Positions 1 to 12,817 of a DNA stretch of 64,000 bases are shown here, in pieces. The notes beneath the pieces are model-generated. The model saw only the letters and a program-made list of their open reading frames with translations, was not told the DNA's origin and made no database searches. The stretch covers positions 58,156,001 through 58,220,000 of the forward strand of contig OZ024746.1 in NCBI GenBank assembly GCA_964016885.1, written 5' to 3'. The stretch is from Eledone cirrhosa. Lineage: Eukaryota. Both the position numbers and the translations under genes were made by a program. The number at the start of each line of letters is the position of its first letter. Position 1 is the first letter of the stretch.

Positions 1-235
1 TCTTGGCTTAAAAACTGTAGTGTCTACTGTGCAGACTTGCATGTGGTGTTTTTGATTAATATTCCCTCAACCAACAATATGCCTTATGAAGTTAAGAAAA
101 CATAACGATAACCCGAATGTTATAACAAAAGAGGATGCTGGGGATAGAAACTGCACTGGTTATTTATTAACAAAGATCGAAAATGTAAACACTGCAACGC
201 AGAGAAAAACATTAGCGTAACCAAATTATCAGTTA

Positions 236-303
236 TGTCTGTCTGCACGCCTATATCAGCTCTCTGCACGACTGTCTGTCTGCACGACTGTCTGTCTGCA
301 CGC
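236..303. repeat. Short ~16-bp tandem repeat (ctgtctgtctgcacga-like)
   Basis: tgtctgtctgcacg recurs about 3 times, plus one partial copy. Confidence 0.7.
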
Positions 304-539
304 CTAACGACGAAATATTTGCTTGTTTTACGTAGTCTTTAAATAGACTTGTTTTCAAGTAAAAATATTGTTTTAAAATGCTTTTAAATGGAAATGAAGC
401 AAAACGGAAGCTTAGTGTTCGAACTGATGAATTTTGCAGGTCAATATTTTGCTGGCTCGACGAAAGCCAGCGTAATTGTTTACGTAAGACGCTCAATGTA
501 AACAGAACAAAGGGAAATAACTGATAACTTACGCTCAAA

Positions 540-727
540 AATCGATACATTATATTCGATTTCGTCACATAGGGTGGGTCAATTTGAAATTTTTTTTTTC
601 CGATGTCTTCGCTAGGGTTCAGTGTACAAGTATAGCAATTTCGGTGCAATTCTGTGAGAGATTCTAAGAGGAGATGTGTGCCAAAAATCGATAGACAGAC
701 AGACAACCACAGTTTTATATATATAGA
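540..727 (-). mobile_element. Probable 5' end of a non-autonomous Helitron-like element
   Basis: Minus strand begins A|TCTATATATATAAAA followed by (GTCT)n, the terminus typical of Lep1-type invertebrate Helitrons; no 3' CTAG end identified. Confidence 0.45.
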
Positions 728-1132
728 TTATACATTGAAAGAAACCGTCAGTTTGTCATCGTTACTCTCCTTTATAGTATGGAGGAACAACTGCAATAAT
801 TGTGTATGATGTAGTATATCACTGCCACGTAAAGCATATATTTGGCATATATGATGCGTGATTTGTCTGTGGTTTATATTATATAAAGATGATTTCATAA
901 TATATGTGGTGTGTAAGATATTTAATATATCACATGTTGACCGTGTACTGTATAACATATTTTCTGTCAAATTAAATTATTAGATGTTGCTTAGGTTGTG
1001 TAGATGCTGTTTGGAAAATAACATAATATTCACTTATTACTGAACATAATATCAACAACATTTGTATGCTCCAGACCTGAAAAATTATTCCTTATCATAT
1101 TACGTTTAGTGATTATTATTTATATAATATTT

Positions 1133-1326
1133 GGGTGGTGGATTGGCAGTATCGGTAGAGGGTCGGACGCCATGCTTTGACGCATAGAGTTACGGCCCTC
1201 GCCATACTGAGTTCAAATCCCGCTGAAGTTAACTTTGCCTTTCATCCTTACGGGGTCGATAAAATAAAGTACCAGTAATACACTGGGATAATTTCTGGCC
1301 TTGTGCCAAAAGTAGAAACAATTATT
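1133..1326 (+). mobile_element. tRNA-derived SINE, family A
   Basis: A-box-like TGGCAGTATCGG (1144-1155), B-box GAGTTCAAATCC (1209-1220), conserved core GCCTTTCATCC..GTCGATAAAATAAAGTACCAG, ATT tail; several other copies in the window. Confidence 0.9.
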
Positions 1327-1844
1327 CATATAATATTTCATAGTATCTACCATAAGGTGCATATTTGTATTTCCAGTACGATTTGTATTTCATAATGCAT
1401 ACGGTAATCTATCAAAGTATTTAGAATATCATTCTTCTCTTGATTAGTTTTCCCTAATCTTGTCTTTCTGATATTGCACGCCAGTGTTAATTGTAACAGG
1501 GCTGTTGTAAGGCAGTGAATGCTTTATATTCATACATATTTCAAACTTAGTTACGAGAGGATTGACGACGCCATATATATCTGTTCGCGATGCCTCAGTA
1601 ACTGATAGACAGAAAACCTCAACATAATCTCAGACAATCCCCGAAATATTCACTGTCAAAGGTGTTTATTATCTACATTCACATATTCTTGAACCGGCGT
1701 CGGTTCTATTGAAGAGTATTCTATTGAAGAGCATCCTGCTCACAAAATAAACTTGCATGTGGCTGAGCATACCACCGTCTCGCGAATTTCAACGAAGTTC
1801 GGGTTATTCAGTGTGAGTGTGACAAACATATACCTTTCAAATGC

Positions 1845-2075
1845 ATATATTATACACACACAAATATACATAAATATACACACATACATCCATGCATACA
1901 CACATACATGCATACATAACAAAATACATCCATGCATACATACATACATACGTACATAGATACATCCATCCCTCCGTCCATCCATAGATACATACATACA
2001 TACATACATACATACATACATACATACATACATACATACATACATACATACGTACATACATAGATGTATATGTAA
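1845..2075. repeat. (CATA)n/(CA)n microsatellite
   Basis: Direct reading. Confidence 0.9.
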
Positions 2076-2317
2076 GTAAATGATGAGAACTTTAGAAAAC
2101 TGGTACAATGTGGTATAAATATATTAAAGGCAAACGATGACAAATAAAACCAAACGAACTAATGTTTGTACCCAATATATTTCAACATAATATTTCAGTA
2201 TTAGGACCGTCTTTTCAAATGCAAGACAAAACAGATTTTTTTTTATTCAGTTCGTGTTGTTTTTCTTAACAATTATTGTAAGTGAATCTGTGAACTGGAA
2301 TATTTTTCGATATTTAG

Positions 2318-2475
2318 GCGGCCAACTTGCAAAGTCATTAGAACGTTGGATGAAATAATTTACAGCATTCGTTTCGAATCTCTGCTGTCCGACTTCATGT
2401 CGCACCTAGGTCAAGATTGCCATCCATCCATTGGAATTCGATAAAAAAACAGTACCAGTCTAGTACTGAGTTCGA
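2318..2475 (+). mobile_element. Degenerate SINE family A copy
   Basis: Remnant core gccatccatcc..ttcgataaaa..agtaccag. Confidence 0.5.
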
Positions 2476-3088
2476 TTATTCATCAAATAACTTTCTCACC
2501 TCCATCCTTTACTCTCTCTCTTTCCTTCACTGGATGAAATCTGCTATATAGATAACAGGGCACATTGAGTACCACTACGTTTTATAATATCCTAGAAACG
2601 AACAATTTACATAGGGCGCCCGCATGACACTCTCAGGAGTTATGAGGTCATGTATGCAGATTCAGAAATTAATTATCTTGTATCATAAATAGGGTTCTAA
2701 ACCTGAAATATCATGTTGAAATATAGAGGGTAAAAAGTATTACACTGCTCTGGATTCATCTGTCATCGTTTGTCTTTTATTTATTCCTATTGTAGCGGTT
2801 TTTCGAAGAACTCTTCACTTAAGTATATCATATGTCAAAAGGTTTCATATTAATTATACAAATACACACAAACACACACACTCACACACGCACAAACACA
2901 TATGTACACACACACACATTTAATATATATATATATATATATATACTTAGGTTAGTACGAGTTAGGTATTATATACCCGTGTCCCGTTAAGGTATTGGCA
3001 GCATAATAATTAGCACTATGCTTTGGAGCAGAGCCGTATATATGAAAAAGAACACAAGAGCGTCTACAACATCAAAAGATTTTTATTG

Positions 3089-3134
3089 GCTAACAATGTT
3101 TCTTCCTTCGTGTAACCGTAGGATTCATCAGAGT
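3089..3134 (-). ncRNA. Minimal type I hammerhead-like motif (inverted pLTR copy)
   Basis: Minus strand: CTGATGA-a-tcct..agga-a-GAAA-cattg-TT-agc; stem I weak in this copy. Confidence 0.5.
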
Positions 3135-3379
3135 TATAAAAGGGGTTTGATTGGTGTTATGGACTCTACTAACCAAACACCCAAGAACAAAGAGTAAAGA
3201 GAGTAAAGAGCAGAAGTAGGGGACGATAAGTCTAATTTTGGTGCGGGAGGGTGGGGTGTTGGTCCTTGTTTACTAGCTGCGGTCATATTCATTCCCGGGG
3301 GTAGGGTGGTTGGCTGAACCATAGATGTGGTGGCGTCGATAGTATGGTGCAGAGGGTGCGCAGAGGCTACAGAAACACA

Positions 3380-3905
3380 TAATAGCATCAATGAGCCATC
3401 TAATGATATAGAGGCACCTAGTGATAATGCTAGTAACCAAACTTCGGGAGGTAAGCTAACTAATCGAACCCGCAGTTGCAATTGTAGGCGGAGTAGTAAC
3501 TGTCCCCTAAGGGGGGATTGCCTCATGAAAAACATAGTATATGCATGTGACGTAACAACACACAACTCTACCAAAACATATATAGGAGCAACGTCCAATA
3601 CATGTAAAACTAGATTTAACGCGCATATGTACACATTTAGACACGACAGACATAAGAATGCCACCTCAATGGCGGGATACATCTCCTTCTTAAAAAATAA
3701 TAGTACACCATACAAACTTTTTTGGAGGAAGCTTACTAGATCCACGCCATACCGACCGCAGAGCGGAAGTTGTGACCTGTGTTTACTGGAATGCCATGCC
3801 ATAATACACTCTAAACTGAACCTGCTTAACAGGAGATCGGAAATTTTCTCCTCATGCCAACATAAAATCCTGAGTTCCTTCTTCTATTTTAAACCTAGCA
3901 CATAG
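3380..3905 (+). pseudogene. PLE GIY-YIG endonuclease C-terminal fragment (Naiad-like Cys pattern)
   Basis: CNCRRSSNCPLRGDCLMKNIVY...YIGATSNTCKTRFNAH...CDLCLLE...LLNRRSEIFSSCQH; ORF 3327-3905 starts artificially inside the inverted repeat; no RT; clade assignment is inference. Confidence 0.85.
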
Positions 3906-6178
3906 ACGTAACATATATCACGCAACCCCCACCTAGACTATAGTTTTTCCCCCCCTTCCCCCCCAACCCGTAACCTAGATAGATAGGTACCATAAGGGTG
4001 GTGCAGTTCCCTACAAGTTTGGTGCTCTTGCGTGTGTGTGTGTGTGTGTGTATTCTCCTTTTATCTCTCACACGCACTCACACGCAGACATATGTGTGGG
4101 TGTGCGTGCGTGTGTGCATGCATGCACGCATGTGTGCGCGCATTGTATGTATGTATATTGTGTGTATATGTATGTATATATATGTATGTGTATATATATG
4201 TATATACATGTGTGTGTGTATATATGTATATTGTATGCATGCGTATTATATTGTGTGTATGTGTATGTGTGACATGTATGTGAATATATGTATGTATACG
4301 TATGAGTGTGTATGTGTAAGTGTATAATGTGTGTATGTATGTGTATGTGTATGTATACTCTTCTGTAGAAATTCTCTCTATGCGTGCTGTGTGGCATGAA
4401 TTCCTCCTATAATACTCTTCTCTGAGAGGAGCACGATATGCAGAGTAACACATATGTATTGTCGAAGTTGAAACTGAGAACCACCACCCCTCCTGCTGAC
4501 CTGGATGTTTACTGAGGTCCAGAACACCATTCTCCGCAATATAAGAGCGAAATGCGCTTGCCGGACTATTGATGACCATAACATCACATTCCAATGTAGT
4601 GGCAACATACAGTGAATGTTATGCACGACCAGAACACCACAGCATGCATATCCAAACAGCATAGATATGATATCAATGGGGGAATCAACTGAAATATTTT
4701 GAGTTGGAATACATGTGGATATGTGTCTGTGTGTATCGAACACACGAACACATAAGGAGGCTCTTGACCTAAATATACCTGTCATGCCTGTCTGAATTCC
4801 TAAGGGAACTGTCGGCCAGTTACTGTCTTGACCGATTGTAGTACCACTAGGTGAATCATTTGAGTTTTTTGGGTTGAAATACATATAGATATGTGTCTGT
4901 GTGTGTCGGATACACGTACACACATAAAAAAGCTGTCATGCTTGCCTGAATTTTCGGTCAGTTGCTGACTTGACCGATTAACCCCACAATTACTACGTAG
5001 CGGTTCTTGCACGTGACTACTGGACCCGGATGAAACGAAGACGAAGAATTTCCTTGCGTACCGTTTTGTACCACAGATGCGATCTCACCCTGCTTCGTTA
5101 ATGTCCTATCGACACCAAAGTTCAACGTTTGGGCGAATAGATTTGAATCCAACCACCAACAACATAGCTGGATGACCGATAATGACACCAAACCGGAGTA
5201 CTGTGATCCTAGTCACTTACAAATATACAACCACTGACACTGTTACGAAGACCAGAAAACCATACTCCATATATTGAACCAATTGATTGATTTGTGCGAC
5301 CAAAATAACACCAAACACATATTGAACTAGGAATATTGGATCCTCGGTCAATGTCCGGGTGAGCAAAAATTGATTTATATCTGCATTGGAATTTACAAAC
5401 TTGTGCATCTGCTGTGGTGTCAAAAATAAACGCACATGACCGCACAGATAAACAATGGACCATGCCACGTGGCTTGAACCCGTAAGTGAATTGAAGGTTC
5501 TGCAACTCTGATACACATATTGTTTATTATTTATTATTAAGATGTATAAACTGGACATAACTATTATCATCTTATATTCTCTCAACGAATCACACTTGAT
5601 CATATTTCTCTATCCTGTTTTCTCCCCCCATAATTATTATTTTGAAAAAAATCGGTTTTTTTACATTGTGTTTTCCCCTCCAAATATTCGCTTATATTTC
5701 CTTATATATTCTCTATATATATTTTTTATATTTTTCATCATTATTATTATTTCCACTTTTATCCTCCTTTATATTTTACCTTATTCTTACCTTTATACCT
5801 TATTATAGTGTAATCTTCCCCATGCCTTATTATACACTATTAATTATAGATTATTATTATTACTCTTTTTCCATTTCTAATTACCTCATGTACCTTCTCC
5901 TCCGCTATATGTATATATGTATTCTACGCCCTTTGTGTTTGTGTAGCCTCTGCGCACCCTCTGCACCATACTATCGACGCCACCCCATCTATGGTTCAGC
6001 CAACCACCCGACCCCCGGGAATGAATATGACCGCAGCTAGTAAACAAGGACCAACACCCCACCCTCCCGCACCAAAATTAGACTTATCGTCCCCTACTTT
6101 TGCTCTTTACTCTCTTTACTCTTTGTTCTTGGGTGTTTGGTTAGTAGAGTCCATAACACCAATCAAAACCCTTTTATA

Positions 6179-6225
6179 GCTCTGATGAATCCTACGGTTA
6201 CACGTAAGGAAGAAACATTGTTAGC
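6179..6225 (+). ncRNA. Minimal type I hammerhead-like motif in pLTR
   Basis: gct CTGATGA a tcctacg-gttaca-cgtaagga a GAAA cattg TT agc; stem I gct/agc; GUU triplet. Confidence 0.6.
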
Positions 6226-6266
6226 CAATAACAATCTTTTGATGTTGTAGACGCTCTTGTGTTCTT

Positions 6267-6336
<70 letters not shown>

Positions 6337-6338
<2 letters not shown>

Positions 6339-6509
6339 CAAAGAAACTGTGGTAAGGAACCAGATGGACCATAATGCATGGAGTACTCGGTAATTAGGGT
6401 AGTAGAGTGAGTAATAGGAAAATAGTCAGACAGCTGAGCTCCGGCCGTTTTGACGGCTAGATCCGAACTAATGGTCGCCACTCGGCCGTCGGGGTCCTGA
6501 CACTTTTCA
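6337..6509. repeat. Short TA-embedded repeat, related to 15890-16081
   Basis: Shared start acaaag(a/g)aa(c/a)tgtggtaaggaaccagatggaccataa..gagtactc..tagggtagt. Confidence 0.7.
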
Positions 6510-6544
6510 TATATATATATATATATACAGTATATATATATATT

Positions 6545-6880
6545 GAAAGAGTGAAGAATAGCATGGTGAACAGTACAAAAGGATTTTATTTACAGGATTA
6601 ACAATTGTTTCAGTGATTAGGATGTCTAAATATTGCTAATCATTTGAAGTTGTGACACTCAACCTTCAATACACTGTGTGCCTAATCAAATCATCGGAAT
6701 TACTGACAAAATTACACTATTATTACTCCAAGATTAACCTGCATAGGATATCCCGTGAACTCGCCACCTAACTAACGAAACTTCTTGTTAAGTCAAACAA
6801 CGCCGTACGTTAAAACTATCCATACTACAGAGTACACACAACTTTTAACTGTATTACCTATAACGATAATTTGTTATCCC
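6545..6880 (+). mobile_element. PLE-type mini-element: inverted pLTR piece (6545-6710) plus direct 3' tail (6715-6880)
   Basis: Homologous to 26325-26643 and 60363-60817; all three end ttacctataacgataa(t/c)ttgttatccc(AT)n; contains minus-strand HHR-like motif 6597-6700. Confidence 0.75.
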
Positions 6881-6911
<31 letters not shown>

Positions 6912-6977
6912 CAGGATGTCAATCAAATAAATATTAAATCAACTAAAATCTTATAAAGATAATATAAATTCTCTCAT

Positions 6978-7035
<58 letters not shown>

Positions 7036-7399
7036 TTCATACAGGTAAAAACATACGCACACATACACACTTATATATATATATGTGTACAGAGAGAGGC
7101 GGGTATGGGGGAGTTGAGCGAGAGAATGAGAGATAGAGACAACGGTAGAGAGAGAGATGAATAGAAAGACTATAGGAACAGTCCATGGAGACAAAATGTG
7201 AGAAATGAAAGAAAAGTAGGATAAATAATAGCGTCTTTGTCTGTGTCCTATATTTACGAACATGTACCTATCTTTAATTGCAATATAACAGAAATAAAAT
7301 CATATAACCTTGGCATACATACTTTATCTAAACAATAACATTCTATGAAATATATTTCAGATTATCGTCAGATTGATCAGAATACATATATATGTACAT

Positions 7400-7487
<88 letters not shown>

Positions 7488-7554
7488 AAGGTTTAGTAAA
7501 TAATGAAAAAGTTTCAAAATAAATTTTAAAAAATTGACTTTACCTACTATAGTT

Positions 7555-7638
7555 ACCTTTACCGATCGGTTTCGAATCCCAAACATAATACGGAGACCAT
7601 ACGGCCTTCGTTGCAAAGAAAGATTCTCGTCAGAAGGT
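7555..7638 (-). ncRNA. Type I hammerhead ribozyme, unit 1
   Basis: Minus strand: acctt CTGACGA gaatc..gattc GAAA ccgatcgg TA aaggt; stems I, II and III all pair; GUA triplet; predicted cut between 7560 and 7559. Confidence 0.9.
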
Positions 7639-8037
7639 TCTTTTCATTCAAAGAATATAAAATTCCTGAATTTAAATCACAAACTAGCGCTATCAAAAAC
7701 TGTTCCTGGGATGAGAGTGGATGATGTAGAACAGGTTTATCAAGGGCCGTAGCAAAGATAGAGGCAAAAGGAGGTAGGTCAAACTAGCCACAGCTATTGC
7801 TAGCAGCAGTCGGAACGACCAAATTTGTTCTCAACGTTAATGGAGCTAGTAGTAATATGAAATACGTTCCTTCACGCACAAGGCGCCAAGGTAAGCATGT
7901 ATTGTCCAACCAAATGCCAGTGTGGTTCAATGGCGGGTTAATAAATTAACGAGCCAGAACAAATATAAACAAGGTTTAGTAAATAATGAAAAAGTTTCAA
8001 AATAAATTTTAAAAAATTGACTTTACCTACTATAGTT

Positions 8038-8121
8038 ACCTTTACCGATCGGTTTCGAATCCCAAAAATAATACGGAGACCATACGGCCTTCGTTGCAAA
8101 GAAAGATTCTCGTCAGAAGGT
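8038..8121 (-). ncRNA. Type I hammerhead ribozyme, unit 2
   Basis: Same core and stems as unit 1. Confidence 0.9.
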
Positions 8122-8520
8122 TCTTTTCATTCAAAGAATATAAAATTCCTGAATTTAAATCACAAACTAGCGCTATCAAAAACTGTTCCTGGGATGAGAG
8201 TGGATGATGTAGAACAGGTTTATCAAGGGCCGTAGCAAAGATAGAGGCAAAAGGAGGTAGGTCAAACTAGCCACAGCTATTGCTAGCAGCAGTCGGAACG
8301 ACCAAATTTGTTCTCAACGTTAATGGAGCTAGTAGTAATATGAAATACGTTCCTTCACGCACAAGGCGCCAAGGTAAGCATGTATTGTCCAACCAAATGC
8401 CAGTGTGGTTCAATGGCGGGTTAATAAATTAACGAGCCAGAACAAATATAAACAAGGTTTAGTAAATAATGAAAAAGTTTCAAAATAAATTTTAAAAAAT
8501 TGACTTTACCTACTATAGTT

Positions 8521-8604
8521 ACCTTTACCGATCGGTTTCGAATCCCAAAAATAAAACGGAGACCATACGGCCTTCGTTGCAAAGAAAGATTCTCGTCAGA
8601 AGGT
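8521..8604 (-). ncRNA. Type I hammerhead ribozyme, unit 3
   Basis: Same core and stems as unit 1. Confidence 0.9.
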
Positions 8605-8734
8605 TCTTTTCATTCAAAGAATATAAAATTCCTGAATTTAAATCACAAACTAGCGCTATCAAAAACTGTTCCTGGGATGAGAGTGGATGATGTAGAATAC
8701 ATGCGTACCTTGGCGCCTTGTGCGTGAAGGAACG

Positions 8735-8775
<41 letters not shown>

Positions 8776-8819
8776 CAAATAACGAAACGAAATTAAATTT
8801 CGTTTCGTTTAACTTAATT

Positions 8820-8896
<77 letters not shown>

Positions 8897-9117
8897 AATT
8901 AGGATTTAGTTTCAGACATAGCTAGCTCTGTATACATATGTATAGAAATTTCGTATTTCTAAAGAAACACGCTATGTTTATAGATACACATTTAGAAAGC
9001 GGGAGCCTTGCAGAAAACATCGGGGCTAACCACCTCTGGTGGTGTTCAGCAGTAGCAAGGAAGCCAATCGTCGATGCATTTCGAACTTAACTAGATATCT
9101 CATCTTTGTCAATGTGA

Positions 9118-9197
<80 letters not shown>

Positions 9198-9669
9198 TTA
9201 ATATAGATGAGATTCTACAGGACTAGAACTGTTTCATTCATTTGAAATCATCAGGAATCTGGGTATCAAAAAATAAATATGGTATTTATAGGTCTCTACA
9301 AGTGGTAGGAGAGGGTAGGGAGTGGGATGGGTGCAGGTCATTGGTTGATAGAAAAGGGAATTCATTAAATGTGAGTACTTCTTTCGTATCTACATTTTCT
9401 GCCTGTAGAGGTGTCTTTATGTGCCTGCGTATATGCGTATATTTATTGAGTACCTATTTACTTGTATGTGTATATATTTGTTTGTATGTGTGTATGTGTG
9501 TATGTGTGTGTGTATATATATATATAATTATATATGTGTGTATATATATATGTTTGTGTGTATATGTGTTTTATGTGTGTATATTTATTTATGTATATGT
9601 ATGTATATGCTTGTGTATATGTATGTATATATATATATATAATGTAGGAGGTGAGTTTTATTGTAGTAC

Positions 9670-11015
9670 AAACTTAAAAGAACTAACACTGCTCTCTCAG
9701 AACTCATATGGTCCTTAAAAGACAAAAACATTAAATATAACATCTTTTGGAAAAAGATTTCTTCTGCATCCTCATACTTGAACAGCTCTCTATCTAAAAT
9801 CTGTAATCTCTGCCTAAATGAAAAATTTACCATTATCTCTAACCTAGATTCTATAATAAACAGACGCTCAGATTTGTTTTCTATCTGCCTGCATAAATTC
9901 CATAGAACTTTTCACAAAGTATACAGTTAATATTCAATTCTTTATCAATTTAGAATATTTTCTCAAAGGCACATATACATACACCTCTTTAAAATATACC
10001 CATCTACCTTACCTTACTTTAAAGGGCATTATACACTCTATAATACTCGTTTACTCATTACCCTCATTCTATCTTCTCGTAAAATAATAACATTTGTTTT
10101 TGACATTTTGAATATTCATCCGCAATCATTATTATTTTTTCTCTCTATCATAAATCTTTTTAATCTCAATTTCACCCTTAATTTATTATTATTTTTTTTT
10201 TTTTCTCCCCATCAACGAACTCATTATTAATACATATCAATTCAATATACAAACTTTAACTTCACATTATTTTTCTCAAATCCTTCTACACACAAACCTT
10301 AACAATTTTTCTCTTCGCTAATTTTGAAATTGCCACAATACATACATTTCTTCTTTTGACGTTAGAATATTCACCCACAATTATTATTTTTTTCTCTCTA
10401 TCTTCATACATAATTTCCCTTCGTTAATTTTCAAATTCCTTTAATTTATACATTATCTTCCAACGGTTCCCAACCTCTCTATATTAAAACAATATATCTT
10501 TTTCTCAGTTATAAAAACTATCTCTTTCTCTCTATCACCCATCTCTCCCTCTCCACCTTCACTCTCATCTCCTCCCCCCTTTTTTTCATCCTTTCCACCC
10601 CCCCTCCCTAAATAAAATATTTTTTCCTCGCACATATCCTCCCTTCGTTAATTTTCAAAATTTTTAATTTATACAGTATCTTCCAACGGTTTTCAACCCC
10701 TCTATGTAATAAATATATCTCCTCTCAGTTATAAAAACTATCTCTTTCTCTCTATCACCCATCTCTCCCTCTCATCTCCTTCCCTTTTCATCCTCCCCCC
10801 CCCCTTTCTAAATAAAATATTTTTCCCAATATCACACATCAATCTAAAACCTCTTTTCATATGTTGATTTAAAACTGCAATATCAACAAGTGTTTTTTAG
10901 CCTTCATATCATGTTCTCCTGTTTTATCTGATGAAAACACAAATATTACTGCTTGATGATGTTTGTTTTTGAAATGCGCATAATAAAATATATGGAACTC
11001 CTTTAACCATCTTTT
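9670..11015 (+). mobile_element. 5'-truncated PLE: GIY-YIG tail, 3' UTR and HHR
   Basis: 9670-9930 translates ..TALSELIWSLKDKNIKYNIFWKKI..CNLCLNEKFTI..INRRSDLFSICLH..stop, homologous to the 3380-3905 C-terminus; UTR contains a ~223-bp tandem duplication (10418-10830). Confidence 0.85.
10922..10988 (+). ncRNA. Minimal type I hammerhead ribozyme
   Basis: ttttat CTGATGA aaaca..tgtttt t GAAA tgcgca TA ataaaa; 6-bp stem I; palindromic ATGCGCAT stem III; AUA triplet. Confidence 0.85.
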
Positions 11016-11019
11016 GATC

Positions 11020-12617
<1,598 letters not shown>

Positions 12618-12817
12618 NNNNNNNNNNNNNNNNNNNNNNNNNNNNNNNNNNNNNNNNNNNNNNNNNNNNNNNNNNNNNNNNNNNNNNNNNNNNNNNNNNN
12701 NNNNNNNNNNNNNNNNNNNNNNNNNNNNNNNNNNNNNNNNNNNNNNNNNNNNNNNNNNNNNNNNNNNNNNNNNNNNNNNNNNNNNNNNNNNNNNNNNNNN
12801 NNNNNNNNNNNNNNNNN
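12618..12817. other. Assembly gap (200 N)
   Basis: Run of n. Confidence 1.

Larger units (their letters stand above)
3044..6270 (+). mobile_element. 5'-truncated Penelope-like element with inverted 5' pseudo-LTR copy
   Basis: 3044-3379 is the near-identical reverse complement of 5934-6270; GIY-YIG coding remnant between them; HHR-like motif in the repeat; TA-flanked. Confidence 0.85.
7481..8744 (-). mobile_element. Retrozyme-like tandem array: 483-bp unit x2.5 plus 47-bp inverted end piece
   Basis: Units 7481-7963, 7964-8446, 8447-8697 are almost identical; 8698-8744 is the reverse complement of 7855-7901; (TA)n on both sides; HHR in each unit. Confidence 0.9.

Noticed and set aside
1144-1221. 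tRNA gene
   Set aside because: A and B boxes are present but no cloverleaf forms; it is a dispersed SINE head
3134-3802. 222-aa minus-strand ORF
   Set aside because: Antisense shadow of the GIY-YIG frame plus the pLTR
3380-3905. Selenocysteine recoding as reported for some Naiad PLEs
   Set aside because: All Cys positions in this fragment are TGT/TGC and there is no in-frame TGA
7481-8697. CRISPR-like array
   Set aside because: Whole units are identical with no unique spacers; eukaryotic context and no cas genes
7534-8727. Repeated 72-aa ORF, and possible endless translation because 483 is divisible by 3
   Set aside because: TTG start, antisense to the HHR, no recognisable domain; the ORF track shows no frame running through the repeats
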